Shown one piece after another: positions 50,947 through 63,112 of a stretch of 64,000 nt of DNA (the first letter of the stretch is position 1; each line of letters opens with the position of its first letter). The notes beneath the pieces are model-generated. The model had not been told where the DNA came from. It worked only from the letters and a program-made list of their open reading frames with translations, and ran no database searches. The stretch covers positions 45,446,001-45,510,000 of the forward strand of contig OZ365111.1 in assembly GCA_977030845.1 (NCBI GenBank), given 5' to 3'. A program made the position numbers and the translations under genes. The DNA comes from Fimbriosthenelais zetlandica (lineage: Eukaryota).

Positions 50947-53900
50947 GATCATTGAAGACCTATACTGATAGGCCAAGTTAGCTCCAATCAATTTTAACAT
51001 CTTTCTGGAGCCTCCCCTCCACAGTAAGGCCTTCCTAGGTTTTAGCCTTCTGGGCCATAAATAAAGTAAGATTGAGCTATCGGCAGGAGAGGGAGGGAGG
51101 ACCAGCGAAGCACAATTAATTATCCCTCACGCCAATCTAACCACCGTATAGCATATAGCACGACTGGTCCACACCAATCGGCACGCTAGTTTATGAATGG
51201 GACCCAAAAAGCATGCGACAAGGCAATGCACTTAGGTCAACCACCACGTCAGCCGGTCAAGGATTGCTCTCAAAGAGCAGCTCTTGCAGTGTTGGTTCCG
51301 GCTGGGCCCAGTTCAACTTTTCACCCAAAGCTCATTAGGGAGCAGGTCTTCTTCACCCATTGGTAGAGCTGCTGCTCAGAGCAGCTTTCTCTATACCTAT
51401 AGGCCAATTGTTAGCATGATGGATATGGCACATTATCATGAAGTAAAGGCATTCATCAGGTACGGGTTAATGTCACTCAGTGAAAATTCACCATGCACGT
51501 TAAATAACACCATCAAGCACACTTCACTGCTTGTGAAAGGTCTATTGGCATCGCCCGGATCAAGGCAATATCTCATGTGGGGAGGCAATCCAACAAACCT
51601 CTATTTTGGGGCTTTTATCAAGGCATTCTTCAACTGCGACTCAAATGGCATGCACTGTGGACTCCTAGTGAATGCTTGATTTTCTGAACGAATGAAAATA
51701 TTCAATCAAATGCATGCATGTCTATAATGGATATAGGGTGTTTTTTCATTGCTGTATTTTAGATTAGTACAGATATATTATGTGTGTCCACAATAAAATT
51801 AATATTATTTAATTGACTAAGCAATAACAATGGCAAACCCCCTACCCCAATCCTCCTTCCCTCTGGGAATTCTTGGTTAATTTTTACTTTACTAATTAGT
51901 AATTTCAAAAAACCATGAATTCTCCTCGGTTCGGACCCATATGTACATTCATGCGTACAACTTCTTAGCAAATTATTCAGCATTGATCTACGGTACAAAT
52001 GTGGTTCCTTGCAAGGATTCCTGATCTACATGATGTAGATCAGGAATAATCGGTGGAATATCCAGCTGCCACTGTAGGTTAGAAGCGGCTAATAGAAACA
52101 TAAAGTGTTAGTGACAGCCATATTATCAGCTGCAAAACTACCATGTCATGTTTGACTGTGGGCTTCAAGCTACTGGTTAAAAATACCACCAGTTCTACCT
52201 CTGTCAAATATAGGGTTTTCCTGTGGTGAATTAACTACCATCTGGTAAGATACACTGATACTTTAAACTGAAAAATGAAAATAAAACTTTAAAAAAGAAA
52301 GATTCAAATATTCCTTTTATGCTGATGGAAAATATTCCAAAACTGTTATGTAGGCCATGTATTAAATATTCTTATGTCGGGATGGAATTTGTTCCAGTCT
52401 GGATTCATTTTTGCTCTGGATCCAACCAAGAACAGTCACGCCCCTTGACATGTAGCCCAACCCCTCACGCTGCCCCAGTACAGCCATATTTTAAGCTCTA
52501 CGCGTCTCTCTGGTGGGTGGAGCGACCCTTTCATAATTTCCAGAGATCCCATTTCCCAATATTGCAAATAGATCTCACTTTGGGGAAATTGACGGTGCGC
52601 TGGGGGTGTTCTGTAGAGGTCAAAAAGGGCAAACGCTGCTTGGTGGGAATCATTGGAAATCTCAACGCCTGTATTTATGCCTGTTGGGGCATCTGGTGGC
52701 TAGGGACCTAACTACTGGGAATAGATCTATGTAAATTACTTTCCAGTACATTTCCATCCTTTATAAAGGAACAGCTCACCACAACCATGGTGTAGACTAG
52801 CTATCAGATATCAACTTTGAAGACCTTGAGCAATTTTCCATATTCAAGTCATCTTGTCACACTAAAATATTCATCTCAATCTCGAAGTGAGGGGAAACTA
52901 TAAGCTTTCAATGAAGGATATTATGGGAGATTAAAGGTGTATGGGACAACCCATAAAACATCATGGAATAAAAGACGTAAAATAACCTGAATGAGATGCA
53001 CTGAAATTTAACCATATGTGAGCATTTAAAAAAATATTTTCGCATAAAAATATCCCATTTTCAACTTACCCCTCGGCTCCCTTCACGATACCTCGTCCAT
53101 TATGTGCGATGCTTACTTCCCAGCTAGTGCTGCCAGCTGTAGGTGAATTAACAAAGGACATTTCCACCTGAAATGATAGTGAGAGTTAAGAATTCCATTA
53201 TGTCCTCAGGACAAAACATAATCTGCCTTTATCATATCTTAACAAAAATAGAATTTATTCCTATAGTTATATAGTCCATGCATGCATAATTTAACACAAC
53301 CCCTTTACTTCCTTAAACCCATTTACCTCATTATGCACCTAAGTATGTCCTCAAAAGAAAAAAATAGAACAATTTACTAAGTGGACTTTAATAAAAAAAA
53401 AAATTAAAAAAAATCGTTCATCTCAGTTCTCCCCCTTTGTGTATACCTTCAGTGTATTCCCTGTTATTCAATCCTTTTGGGCAAGCACAATGAGAGCTGC
53501 ACGCTCTGCTTGCGAAACACAGAGACTGCATTGGTGGTAATTTACTATTCCTGGTCTTCATACCTCACAAGGAAATGTCCCGGCAAATCACTCAATGATA
53601 GATGGGCTTATATGTCGAGTTTTACCCTTTCACAAAAAGAGCGCTTCCTTCATTTTATTCAGTGATCCATACTAAGTGAGAAAACCCGATAGTCCGCTCT
53701 AAAACCCTTCAAAATGTATATGAAAGGCCCTTCGCTATTAAGCCATACACTATTCGTTATGAATAGTTCCCCTCTCTATGGAAATTAGAGGCTATTGCGG
53801 GACAAGAAGACATTGTGCATATGGTCCGTAGATCCCATGGATCCACGTCTCCCTGTATAATAAATAAGTTCGGTCCAAGGTAGTAGAACTTGCTCCACTG

Positions 53901-53972
53901 CCTCTCACACCTGCAGGGAAAACTTTCAACAGAAAGATATACGTCTATCACACCTGACATTAGACTCTACAG

Positions 53973-54182
53973 GTGTGCAAAAGTTGGATCCCCATCGCTG
54001 TGAGAGTGACACACCGAGTGCCTGGTATGTATGTTTAAATATATATATATTCCTTTACCATGGGAAAGATATACACCCCCGGGACCCAGCTACAGTCAGT
54101 TTAGGGTTTGGACCACTGACCTCGGGTTAGACACCTCGGGTATGGATAATAATCTGTGCATGGAAAATACAGGGATCAGCAG
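53973..54182 (+). other. Candidate 5' UTR exon donors for the Ser/Pro-rich gene
   Basis: Donor-like CTG|GTATGT at 54024/54025 and CAG|GTAAGC at 54182/54183, about 2 kb upstream of the acceptor at 56143. No transcript data. Confidence 0.25.
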
Positions 54183-56150
54183 GTAAGCACAGAGGTAAAT
54201 ATACAGCCGGGGATGACTGAGATGGATGGATGCATGGATCTCATAACTTGGATCTCACAATGCTCCAGGTCAAATATGGCTCATGTATAACCATAATATT
54301 GCCAGTCACCTTATATGCAAGCTAAGGGAAACATCTCTTCAACAAGTATTTTACGAGTTCTTAACCTGAAATGGGACACACTTGCAATGCATTACTATCT
54401 ATAGAATGAAGAATCATAGCCAACCTTTCTGTGCCTAATAATTGCTGACAAAGTCTGGAATGAGAGACGGTTGTGTTTTTTGTCAAAGTGTCTAATTATC
54501 AGAAGTCTAGCTTACTCATTATGCATAATGTTAATTAATCACTTGTCTTCATTATTATTTTTATGTACCTATCACAGCCTTTATTTGTCTACAATAAAGA
54601 ATTCTTAGATACATACCACAGATAACGTTCGCAAAACTATTCGAAAATAGTAGCTTCTGTCAGGAGGAGATAAAATATTTGTGTAATTCTATGGGTAATA
54701 CTTGGAAGTCCCCCCGCCCCCGCCCCATTTTGTTTCTTTAGATTTTTAAGGTATTTCCATGGAAATTCTCTACCACCTCTCTGTGGTATAGTGACGACAA
54801 ATACTGTAGATACTTTTATAATCGCAATACCTTTAAACCTGTCTTCAGATAGAAGCTCAACTGTCAAAATTCTACTTGTATATCATAAAAGTGTCTACAT
54901 ATTGCTTTCTCTATACAGGAGCTCCGTTGAATGAGGTGCTATACTTGGCTATACTCTGGACACTTCATGCATGCCATGAGACCAAGTCTCCATTTTGTGA
55001 CCCATACGTTTATGGAAGGGCACCATCCCGTTAGCAGAAGAGATATGCCATGTGTACATGTCCAAGGATGTGTCCACAAATAAGACAGCCATAGCATGAA
55101 CTGGCAGACTTTGTGTACAAACAGTGGAAGAGTGACATAGATTTATATATTCACGCCAAAATCACTATTATATACTTCTTCACATAATATATAATACACT
55201 GACTGATATCTTTGAGGGAAAGAACCTTTGGATGAGCCATCAAGCACCTTTGATTTCATGCTGGATTTTCTGCTTCAAGTTCACACGGGTATGTATGGAA
55301 TCTTTGCCAAATGGATGGAAATCCAGATTCCAAGTACAAATTTGTATAGGTATAGACTACGACCTGAGCTAACAGGGGTGACTATCATGTTCGAGTAATA
55401 TGGAATACATTGTTCTCTTGCCCTTCTTCATTTAAATTAGAAAAAAATATTCTTAAACAGCTTTTCTTCCAGCCATTCACAAATGTTTTGTCAGGCTTTC
55501 CCGTACAGAAATTCACATCAGTTGAGCAACATAATTGTTGTGTGACAGTTACTTATGAGTTGACATGCATTCGGTGGAACATTTGGACACAGTTCAAATA
55601 TCCAACCTACTTGGGCAATTATCCGGTATGACCCGCACAATATTACTATGTCACTTTGAACAGGAGTGGGGTTCCAAATGTCAATTATCAGATAGACTTA
55701 GACCGTAATCATGCTCTCTTCCCTGGAGTTGAGAATTAATTTCATTCTATGGAATTTTAGAGTATCTCCATTCAGTGTGTTCAAAGGGAATTCAATAATA
55801 TGTACATATTCCTTGTTACAAATGAGTTCTAATCCAATTGGTCTATAGTTTTTTCAATGGATTTGTTTTGTTGCCAAATGCTATATTTATATGGAAGGAG
55901 GCCAAATCAATTACCATAGCGTGCTTATAAAAAGTGTCCTTTATATATAAAGTGTCCACATTGGGTTTCAAATACTTTCAAAATTATGTATTATCTCCCA
56001 TGAGTCCCATGTTCGTGACAATTACAGGCTAGAATAGGGGGTGAAATACTTGGGAGATCTTGCCCTTCGGCACTTTTAGTGTTCGAAAGCCCATGCTGTG
56101 CACTATCAACAGCGCCTAATATTGGATCCTTTCATTGCTCTAGGTAGGGC

Positions 56151-57110
56151 ATGGTGACACACTTACCCATCATGGAAACCAATGACCTCACCAGTGACAA
56201 TCCTGGGGACGCTTCAGGTAACCAAAGTAGCATCCCCCTCCGTAAGGCAAGCAGCCTTTCTAGGTTACCCACCCCTCACAGCCCAGTCCGCAGTCCTCCC
56301 ACCACGCCACAACCAAACAACAAATCAGGGATACCTTACGTCAAGTCTCCACTACTGGCCCCCACCACACTGATCCCTCCACCGAGGACAAAAAGAGACT
56401 CACTGCTGCGAGCATCCTCCTCAGTGCTATCTACTAGTACCACATCTCCCTCCTCCTCCCCATCACCCACAAAAACCTCCTATGAGGGCCTCAACTTCTC
56501 ATACTCCACCAAGGCGCAGGCTCCTGCGCCTCCAACCATGATTGCCAACTCATCCTCTTCCTCATCATCCTCCATTTTTTCAAAGCCATCTGTGAATACA
56601 AAACCCCGGAGTCCACTTATTGCTCAGAGACATAGCACCAGCTCGGGAGCAGCTCTTTCTTCTGGTGTTATTTCCCCATCGCCGAGGATGTCGCAGCGAT
56701 CGCCGCCAGCTGTGATGGCCAAGCCGCAAATGAGCCTCAACACCTCAACTCCTCAGAGACCGCCGCGTGAAAGGATACGATCCCATTCACCACCCAAATC
56801 ACCACAGTCAGATCAGGTGAAATCAACCTCCATACCTCAATCTCCACGCTCTCCATCCATCCCCCTGTCTCCACGAGTCCACTCACAATCACCAGTCCCT
56901 CCACCAAGATCGGAAACGTCCAAGCCAAGATCGCCCGTACCGCCAATAAGATCACCGCCTGCCTCCGACACTAAATCGCCACCTCCTCGACGACAGAGGG
57001 TGAGGGAAAGGACTCCTAGTCCTCCACCTACTCCACCCCCATCTACACCACCCTACCGGCCACCACCCCCACCTGAGGTGACCAGAGTGGTGCGGTCAGA
57101 GGCCAGACAG
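56151..57110 (+). CDS. First coding exon (320 aa) of an unidentified Ser/Pro/Arg-rich, probably disordered protein with SxIP motifs
   Basis: 960-bp stop-free GC-richer frame. Acceptor TTTCATTGCTCTAG| at 56143, in-frame TAG just upstream, GGCATGG start context, phase-0 donor CAG|GTGAGA at 57110/57111. No downstream coding exon found in the window. Confidence 0.85.
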
Positions 57111-60100
57111 GTGAGATAGTATTTTGTTATAAATCAAACTTTTACCTCATAATATTCATTAAATACCAAATAATCCCTCATCCGAATCATCCTCTTTTAT
57201 ATGCCTCTGTCTTGTCATTGATACATTCTTTAGAATGTCAGAGACTAGGCTAATTACACCATTATAATTTTGGTCAAATCACCCAGTTGAAAATAAATAT
57301 TTTAAATCGACATTAGTTTTAATTAGGCCTACAAAGCTTGGCACCCCTCGTTGTGTTGCTGCCTAACCAACAACTATATATTTGGCCAATATTTTAATAT
57401 TTTTTCTGAAGCAAAGATATTTAAGCAGTCTATTGGTAAATCATTGTCGTGTATTATAGCTAGCCTAGGTTGCTACATATTGAGATTTTGGTTGGCATCC
57501 AACTTGCCTCAGAATAACTGGCAAAATAGAAGGAAACTGATATTAGTGTTTTTATAATTGCCTGTTTTCCAATGGATGGATGTCTAAGAGTTAAGCAAAG
57601 CCACTTTGTTCTCTTGTTTCTCTCCTCTTCAAAGAACACTTGCTTCCTCTAATTTGTGCAATGTGATAGGTTCAGTTTCATTATGGTGTGCTCAATGTTT
57701 TCACTTTTGCCAACTAGTGTAATTGGGATTTGCTTGCCTGTTTGAGGTCACGTTATGAAAGTGGAGCATATTTAACCAGGATATGAACCTATAGTGCAAA
57801 CAAACTGTCATGATCTGCCATTACTCAAGTCAGGGTTTCTCTTTCAATCAGTCAAGTTTTTTTCTTTCTAAAATTTCAATGTTTGGAATTTTAATGAACT
57901 CAGATGTCAAAAGAAGGCGGGATTTTCTATTTTCCCTCCATTATACGATCTCGAAATGGTTGACATCGTATCAGGTTCGGGCCCATACGGTCTGGTGGAT
58001 TTGGCGATATTTTTTTTACCTTTCCAAAAGCTTTCAATTATCAGTCTCTTCTTAGTTCACTTGTAATTAATGTCCGGAATTTCCAAAGCAGTCCTTTAAT
58101 GTGTCAAGATGGAGATTTTAAAAAATCTTCTTTCACACTAACTTGAGGTATTTGACCTCTATTTTTTTATTTCTACATATTGTCAGTAAATTATTTTGGG
58201 CAAAACCTTGGCCTTAAATTTGCATATACTGTATATCTGCAATAGATCATACAGTATTCTTCAAAATCTTTTCCACCAGAACAAAGGTACATTTGTTTTT
58301 CCTTTCAAAACATGCATGCTACATATTATACAACAAACAGGCATCCCGTGAAGGTTATATTCTCAGACACCCAATCTTTTGATTGCCTATTTTGACAAGA
58401 CAGTGATCTTTGGTTTGGTATTTATGGTCCAGAAACAGAACCATCCATCTTAGAAACATCTGACTAGGTCAGGAGTTTTGTGGAAAGATAGATGTTGGTT
58501 ATAGAATATCTGTATTAACAACAGTCAAGGATCAGCAGGTGAGTTTGTGTACATACTGTCTGTATACTTTCTGATCTCAAGCTACTCTTGGGAATTTAGT
58601 CCAAGGAAGGCTACTTTGAAGTGTCTCGTTAGGCAAGATTCCCCAGTCAGTACTGGAAAGATCATAGCCGAGAAACTTCACTATATGTTGGGACTGGTAT
58701 ACATTTCATAAGCGATTCAAAAACAAGATTGAACTGATAAACTATGAAGGGGTTATAAATTCCAAGTAAGGATGCCACCTTGCCCTTGCTGTTGAATTAA
58801 ATATTTGATAATAAAATCAGATATACGTACATCTGGTACAAGCAGAGTTGGCACATGCTTATCTTGTACAAGACAAGTGGGCTGTTTCCAGTCAGGGTCA
58901 TTCACAGGTCTGAGTGGAAATCCATTAGTACATAACTTCCTTCCTGCTTCCTGAACCCAGCCAGCATGTTAACAATTCAAAACATTGCGCATGAATATTA
59001 TTCCTAAGAAAAGTGCTTCCAATCCCATACAATCTCCGATATTTTTGTAGCTTTTTGCCTCAGAAAAACTCCATGGAAAATTTCTATAAATGTATTCTGT
59101 TTCACTTTTTTTTTTTTTTTTTTACAGAACTTGTTATAGGCCTGTTTGGGAACTTTGTATGATTTATAGCAAACTAAAAAGACATTTTTACTTCCGCTGT
59201 AAAAATCTGGTTCATGAGGAATCATATTTCATACATGTACTGTAGGTATACCCGTTTTCATGGCTGCTCAATTTTGCAACTGAACTGAAAGTAATGTTCT
59301 TGCTAGGTTCTGTAACATCATCCAAAGAACCTATATAATATAGGCTGTGTTAACACGGACCGGGAAAGGTATATAAGCGGTGGGTGTCTATGAGGTTTCA
59401 CTTTAATAAGCATATAGTCATGGCTGGGGTGAGTGTGAAGACCATGACAGCTGTCATGACGGCCAGGCAGATTAATGTAGGTGGGAGAACACCCTGCTCC
59501 CTTCCTACATCACTCATATTATGGCGAGAGACTATACCAGGAATGAAAAATGCCCCCAAGCATTTTTGAACTCAGAAGGTTTATCATTCGGGTAAATCAT
59601 AGTTTGTCGGAGGTACCTGGGACTATATTATATAGATCTATACATGTATTAGGCCTATATGTTTAATTTCTGCTACTGTGCAAATATTCACGAGAAGAAG
59701 CGCATAATATTACGAGAGGAAGCGCATAAGCTTGGAATTGATACGTTTTTGAAAGTTAAAATTTATAAAAGACTAAGAGCAAACTTAGTGATCTTTTCTA
59801 AATGACATTCGCAAATTATAACAATATAGTCAAATAGAAAATATGCAGGCTCTTAAGGACGATAAAAAAAACGTGGGCTTCCTCTTTCAAAACTGACAGG
59901 ATTATTAGATTGATTTTGAAACAAGGTCATTCTATGATGACATCTCTGTTCTGACAAGAGCTCGGTGGGCATATTTCACAATAGAATGATTGTCTGTTGA
60001 GATGAGAGAAAATTACACCTGTTACAGTGTCATCTCATGTGTGACCTCTCCATGGGTATCTAATAATAGGTGAGGAATCCTCACTTATTCTGGGAGCCCC

Positions 60101-60160
60101 TTATGTTGTCCTTAAATTGTATCGTTATTAATATTATAAATGGGATATATTCTCTTTTTG

Positions 60161-60715
60161 TAGCCTAGTCGTTTCCGATTCCTTGAGTTGCATGTAGCCT
60201 AATTTTAACAAAGATAAAAAATTAAAATTCATAGCATGCGTAGGCCCTACGTATTTCCACATGGTCACTCTTGCGAGTCATTAGGCAACACAAGGTTGAT
60301 ATATAAATAGGATTTTTAAGGTGAAAATTTTCTCACAAATCAAATTAACGATTAGGCCTACCGAATTTTTTTCCAGAAAAAATAATAGGCCTACATAGGC
60401 TATAGAGATAGGCCTACCTCATAAGATAGGGATATAGGCCTAAACCTAAATGAACCTTTTCTATATCGTTTAGACTCGCAATTTCCAACGTTTTCTTATT
60501 TATTCTGTCTGTGACATATACGTGAGTGGATTCGTAATGTAATGTGTGTTTCTTATGGGTGAAAAGCTCATGTTCAATATAGAGAGGCTTGGAAACAGCA
60601 TTGTTTACAGGACGGTAGGCTAATAGGCTAGGCCTATAGCCTAGGCCTTTAGAACTCAAATAATCGGAAACGATTGCAAAAAGGAAAGATATCCCATAAT
60701 AGGCCTATTAGGCTA
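60161..60715. repeat. Dense cluster of TAGGCCTA/TAGGCTA/TAGCCTA motifs (putative excision footprints)
   Basis: TAGGCCTA x6 (60353, 60386, 60409, 60435, 60629, 60700), TAGGCTA x4 (60396, 60616, 60624, 60709) and TAGCCTA x3 (60161, 60195, 60637) in 555 bp. Confidence 0.75.
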
Positions 60716-60750
60716 TGCTAAATATGCTGAAAATTTACCCATGATCTCAC

Positions 60751-61021
60751 TAAAGCGCGTTCTACACTGCACCGATTTATGATCTGATGACTGATCAGAT
60801 TAAAATCTGATAAGCAAAATCTGCCCCCAAATCGCATGAGATCTGACATGCACAGGTCTATGAGAGAATCATCGCGATGATGATCTTATCTTCATACATA
60901 CGCCCCCTAGGCCTACACATTATGCCGATTTTTAATCTTACTTCAATTTGATCTGATGAGACCGTTAAGATCATGAAACTGCACCCCAGATCGGTGTAGG
61001 CCTAGTGTAGAACTCGCTTTA
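60751..61021. mobile_element. 271-bp MITE (Harbinger-like TIR)
   Basis: TAAAGCGCGTTCTACACT / AGTGTAGAACTCGCTTTA, 18 bp with 1 mismatch. The arms extend to CACCGAT / ATCGGTG once a 6-bp insert in the right arm is removed. Confidence 0.85.
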
Positions 61022-61075
61022 CACCGCAAGAAATCCTCGCCACTTAGGGCCTATGCGGCAAAAATGGGAACTAAA

Positions 61076-61259
61076 GCTAAGGATTTTCAGCCGACGTTTT
61101 GTTTGTAGATCAAAGAAAGCTCCTAAATGGGCCAAAATTGAAATCAGTCGATAGATTTACATGGAGAGTTTATTGCTTCCAAGAGAACAAAGCTAAGTTG
61201 TCTGTGTAAGCCTGTATGGGAGATAATAGAAGCAGTGAGCGATAATAGGGGTTTTGGCC
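61076..61259 (+). repeat. Diverged ~180-bp direct repeat, copy 1 (copy 2 at 63214-63392)
   Basis: Shared blocks ATTTTCAG..TTTGTAGATC..GAAATCAGTCG.TAGATTTACAT..GTGAGCGATAATAGGGG.TTTGGCC. Confidence 0.85.
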
Positions 61260-61504
61260 TCTATTTGTTGCTGCCACCTTGTGCGTAGCGAGTGAACTGA
61301 GCTCCACCTCGCCTTTACTTCAGCGGGAAACCACAAGGTGGCAGCTCTGATCCTAGCCGCCACCATCAGCTGAGCTGAGTAGCCTACATGACTCACCTCA
61401 TGCACCGTCAATATTTACCCTTGACAGAGTATTGAGACGGGCAGAGCTTTATAAACTGTGCGTGCGTGTGGTGTGTGGTGTGATGATGATGATAGCTTTA
61501 ACGT

Positions 61505-62236
61505 CAGTAGGCCTAGGAGAAAATATAGTTGTATAGATCTGGGTGGTGGCGCCACTGTTTTTGTAGTCTGTTTTTAAAGCTATTGATGGTGTCTGCCGTA
61601 ACAGTTTCTTCTGATAAATTGTTCCAGTTATTAACTATCCTGTTTGCAAAAAAATGTGATCTTATGCCAGTTGATCCATGCATATATATAGTTTTAGCCC
61701 ATGTCCCCTGGTCGAATAGGTGTTGTTAAGTTGCTGTATCATCAGTTTGTTGGGACAATCATTAGGCCTACATCGCACATTTTGACAGAAAGAGTTAAGA
61801 CCATGTACCAACTTATATGTTTGTATCATGTCAGTTCTTAATCTTCTGTATCTTAGAGTCGGGAGTTTTAGTCTTTCAAGACGCTCAGGATAGCTAAGCT
61901 CTCTTATTTCTGGGACAATTTTGGTTGCACGTCTCTGCACTCTCTCAATGGCGTCTGCGTCTCTTTTCAGCCATGGGTACCATATACTACTCGCATATTC
62001 CAGATGTGGTCTAACCATGGCTTTGTAAAGATCGAGGAATACATCTGTCGTCATGTGCTTAAAGGTGTGTCTAAGGCACTGGTACCGTTCCATGCTTTGG
62101 CTTAATTTCAGTCAACGCAATCACATCAAACTTATGTACAAATGCTAAGGTCCGCAATTCATCGATTTTACATAACAGTGAATTATCTACATTGGCATAT
62201 ACTGCGTGCAAATTTGATTTCCTACTCTCGTTTATT
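61505..62236 (-). pseudogene. CR1 ORF2 remnant: ~50 aa of endonuclease fused to the ~190-aa C-terminal region; the RT catalytic core is deleted
   Basis: Junction near 62078-62085; 2-nt frameshift in the TA run near 61682-61693; premature stop at the TAGGCCTA at 61508-61515. Confidence 0.85.
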
Positions 62237-62237
62237 C

Positions 62238-63112
62238 TTATTCCACTTCCACCCTTTCCACTATCTGGTCCTGCTTGATGTAATAGGCCTATCCCTCAGC
62301 ATCCTCAGCTGTATCCTCAAGTTTTTTGAACACTCTCTCTGTTTCTTAGTGAGGTCTGGTCTAATATACACATTGTTGTAATAGTGGTTCTGGGGGTCTC
62401 GGAGGTTCTTGGTCTGAGACAAAATCTGTTTCCTGTCAGCTGCTGAGTTGAATGTCACACCCAACAGTCGCGGTCTCTCTCCTACTTCCCTGCCTAGTCT
62501 TGTTGCCTTTGTGAGGAGTGGTTTTAGGTTAAATACGTCTTGAAACATTCCACTAACCTGTGCTATCTCCTCTGCTTCCGTCATATTTCCCGTATCAATA
62601 AGTCCACTGATCACAAGGTTCAGTTTCTTACTTTCAATTTAGGCTCTCTCTGATATTTCTTCTCTCACTATAGCTGCGAGGTTGACTCCACTGGCCTTGG
62701 TCGCCTCAGTCGCTCCCTCCACCCTTGCACTCTCTAGGGCTTTAGGCCTAACCCTTGTATCCAAAGCCATTAGATCCTTTTTGTCTGCCTTCTCCTCCAG
62801 TGCGGTTTTCATTTCAGAAAGTTGTCGAAGTACCTGGTCAAGTTTTTCAATGACTGTATTCAGTTTTGAATTGCCCTGGTCCTGTGTAGTATCTCTGTTT
62901 CCATTGTCATTGTTTGTATCCCGCCCACTCGCCTTACTTGTGTCGTCTGCCTGGCTTCTGTTTACATTGGAAGCGTCCTTGGCTACGGCCCTGGTCGCCT
63001 GTTGATCGTAGGCCTACACAAATTCATCATTCTTAGCCCGTGCACCCCTATTTCTCCGATCTTTCCTTTCTAGACTGTCACTCCTATCATTAGCGTTAAT
63101 TTGATGCGTCAT
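62238..63112 (-). pseudogene. CR1 ORF1 (coiled coil plus RRM-like domain), disrupted
   Basis: ATG at 63112; stops at 63016 (TAG within TAGGCCTA) and near 62640 (TAA); frameshift near 62290 before YYIKQDQIVERVEVE*. Confidence 0.85.

Noticed and set aside
51284-51679. 131-aa ORF (also 40504-40878, 52319-52711 and 15109-15534)
   Set aside because: Non-ATG starts, no homology I recognise and no splice support. Lengths are compatible with chance in 64 kb.
60949-60995. CTGATGAGACC...GAAAC hammerhead-like string
   Set aside because: Stem II is mismatched, there is no NUH plus stem I match, and it lies in a MITE rich in GATC/ATGA words.
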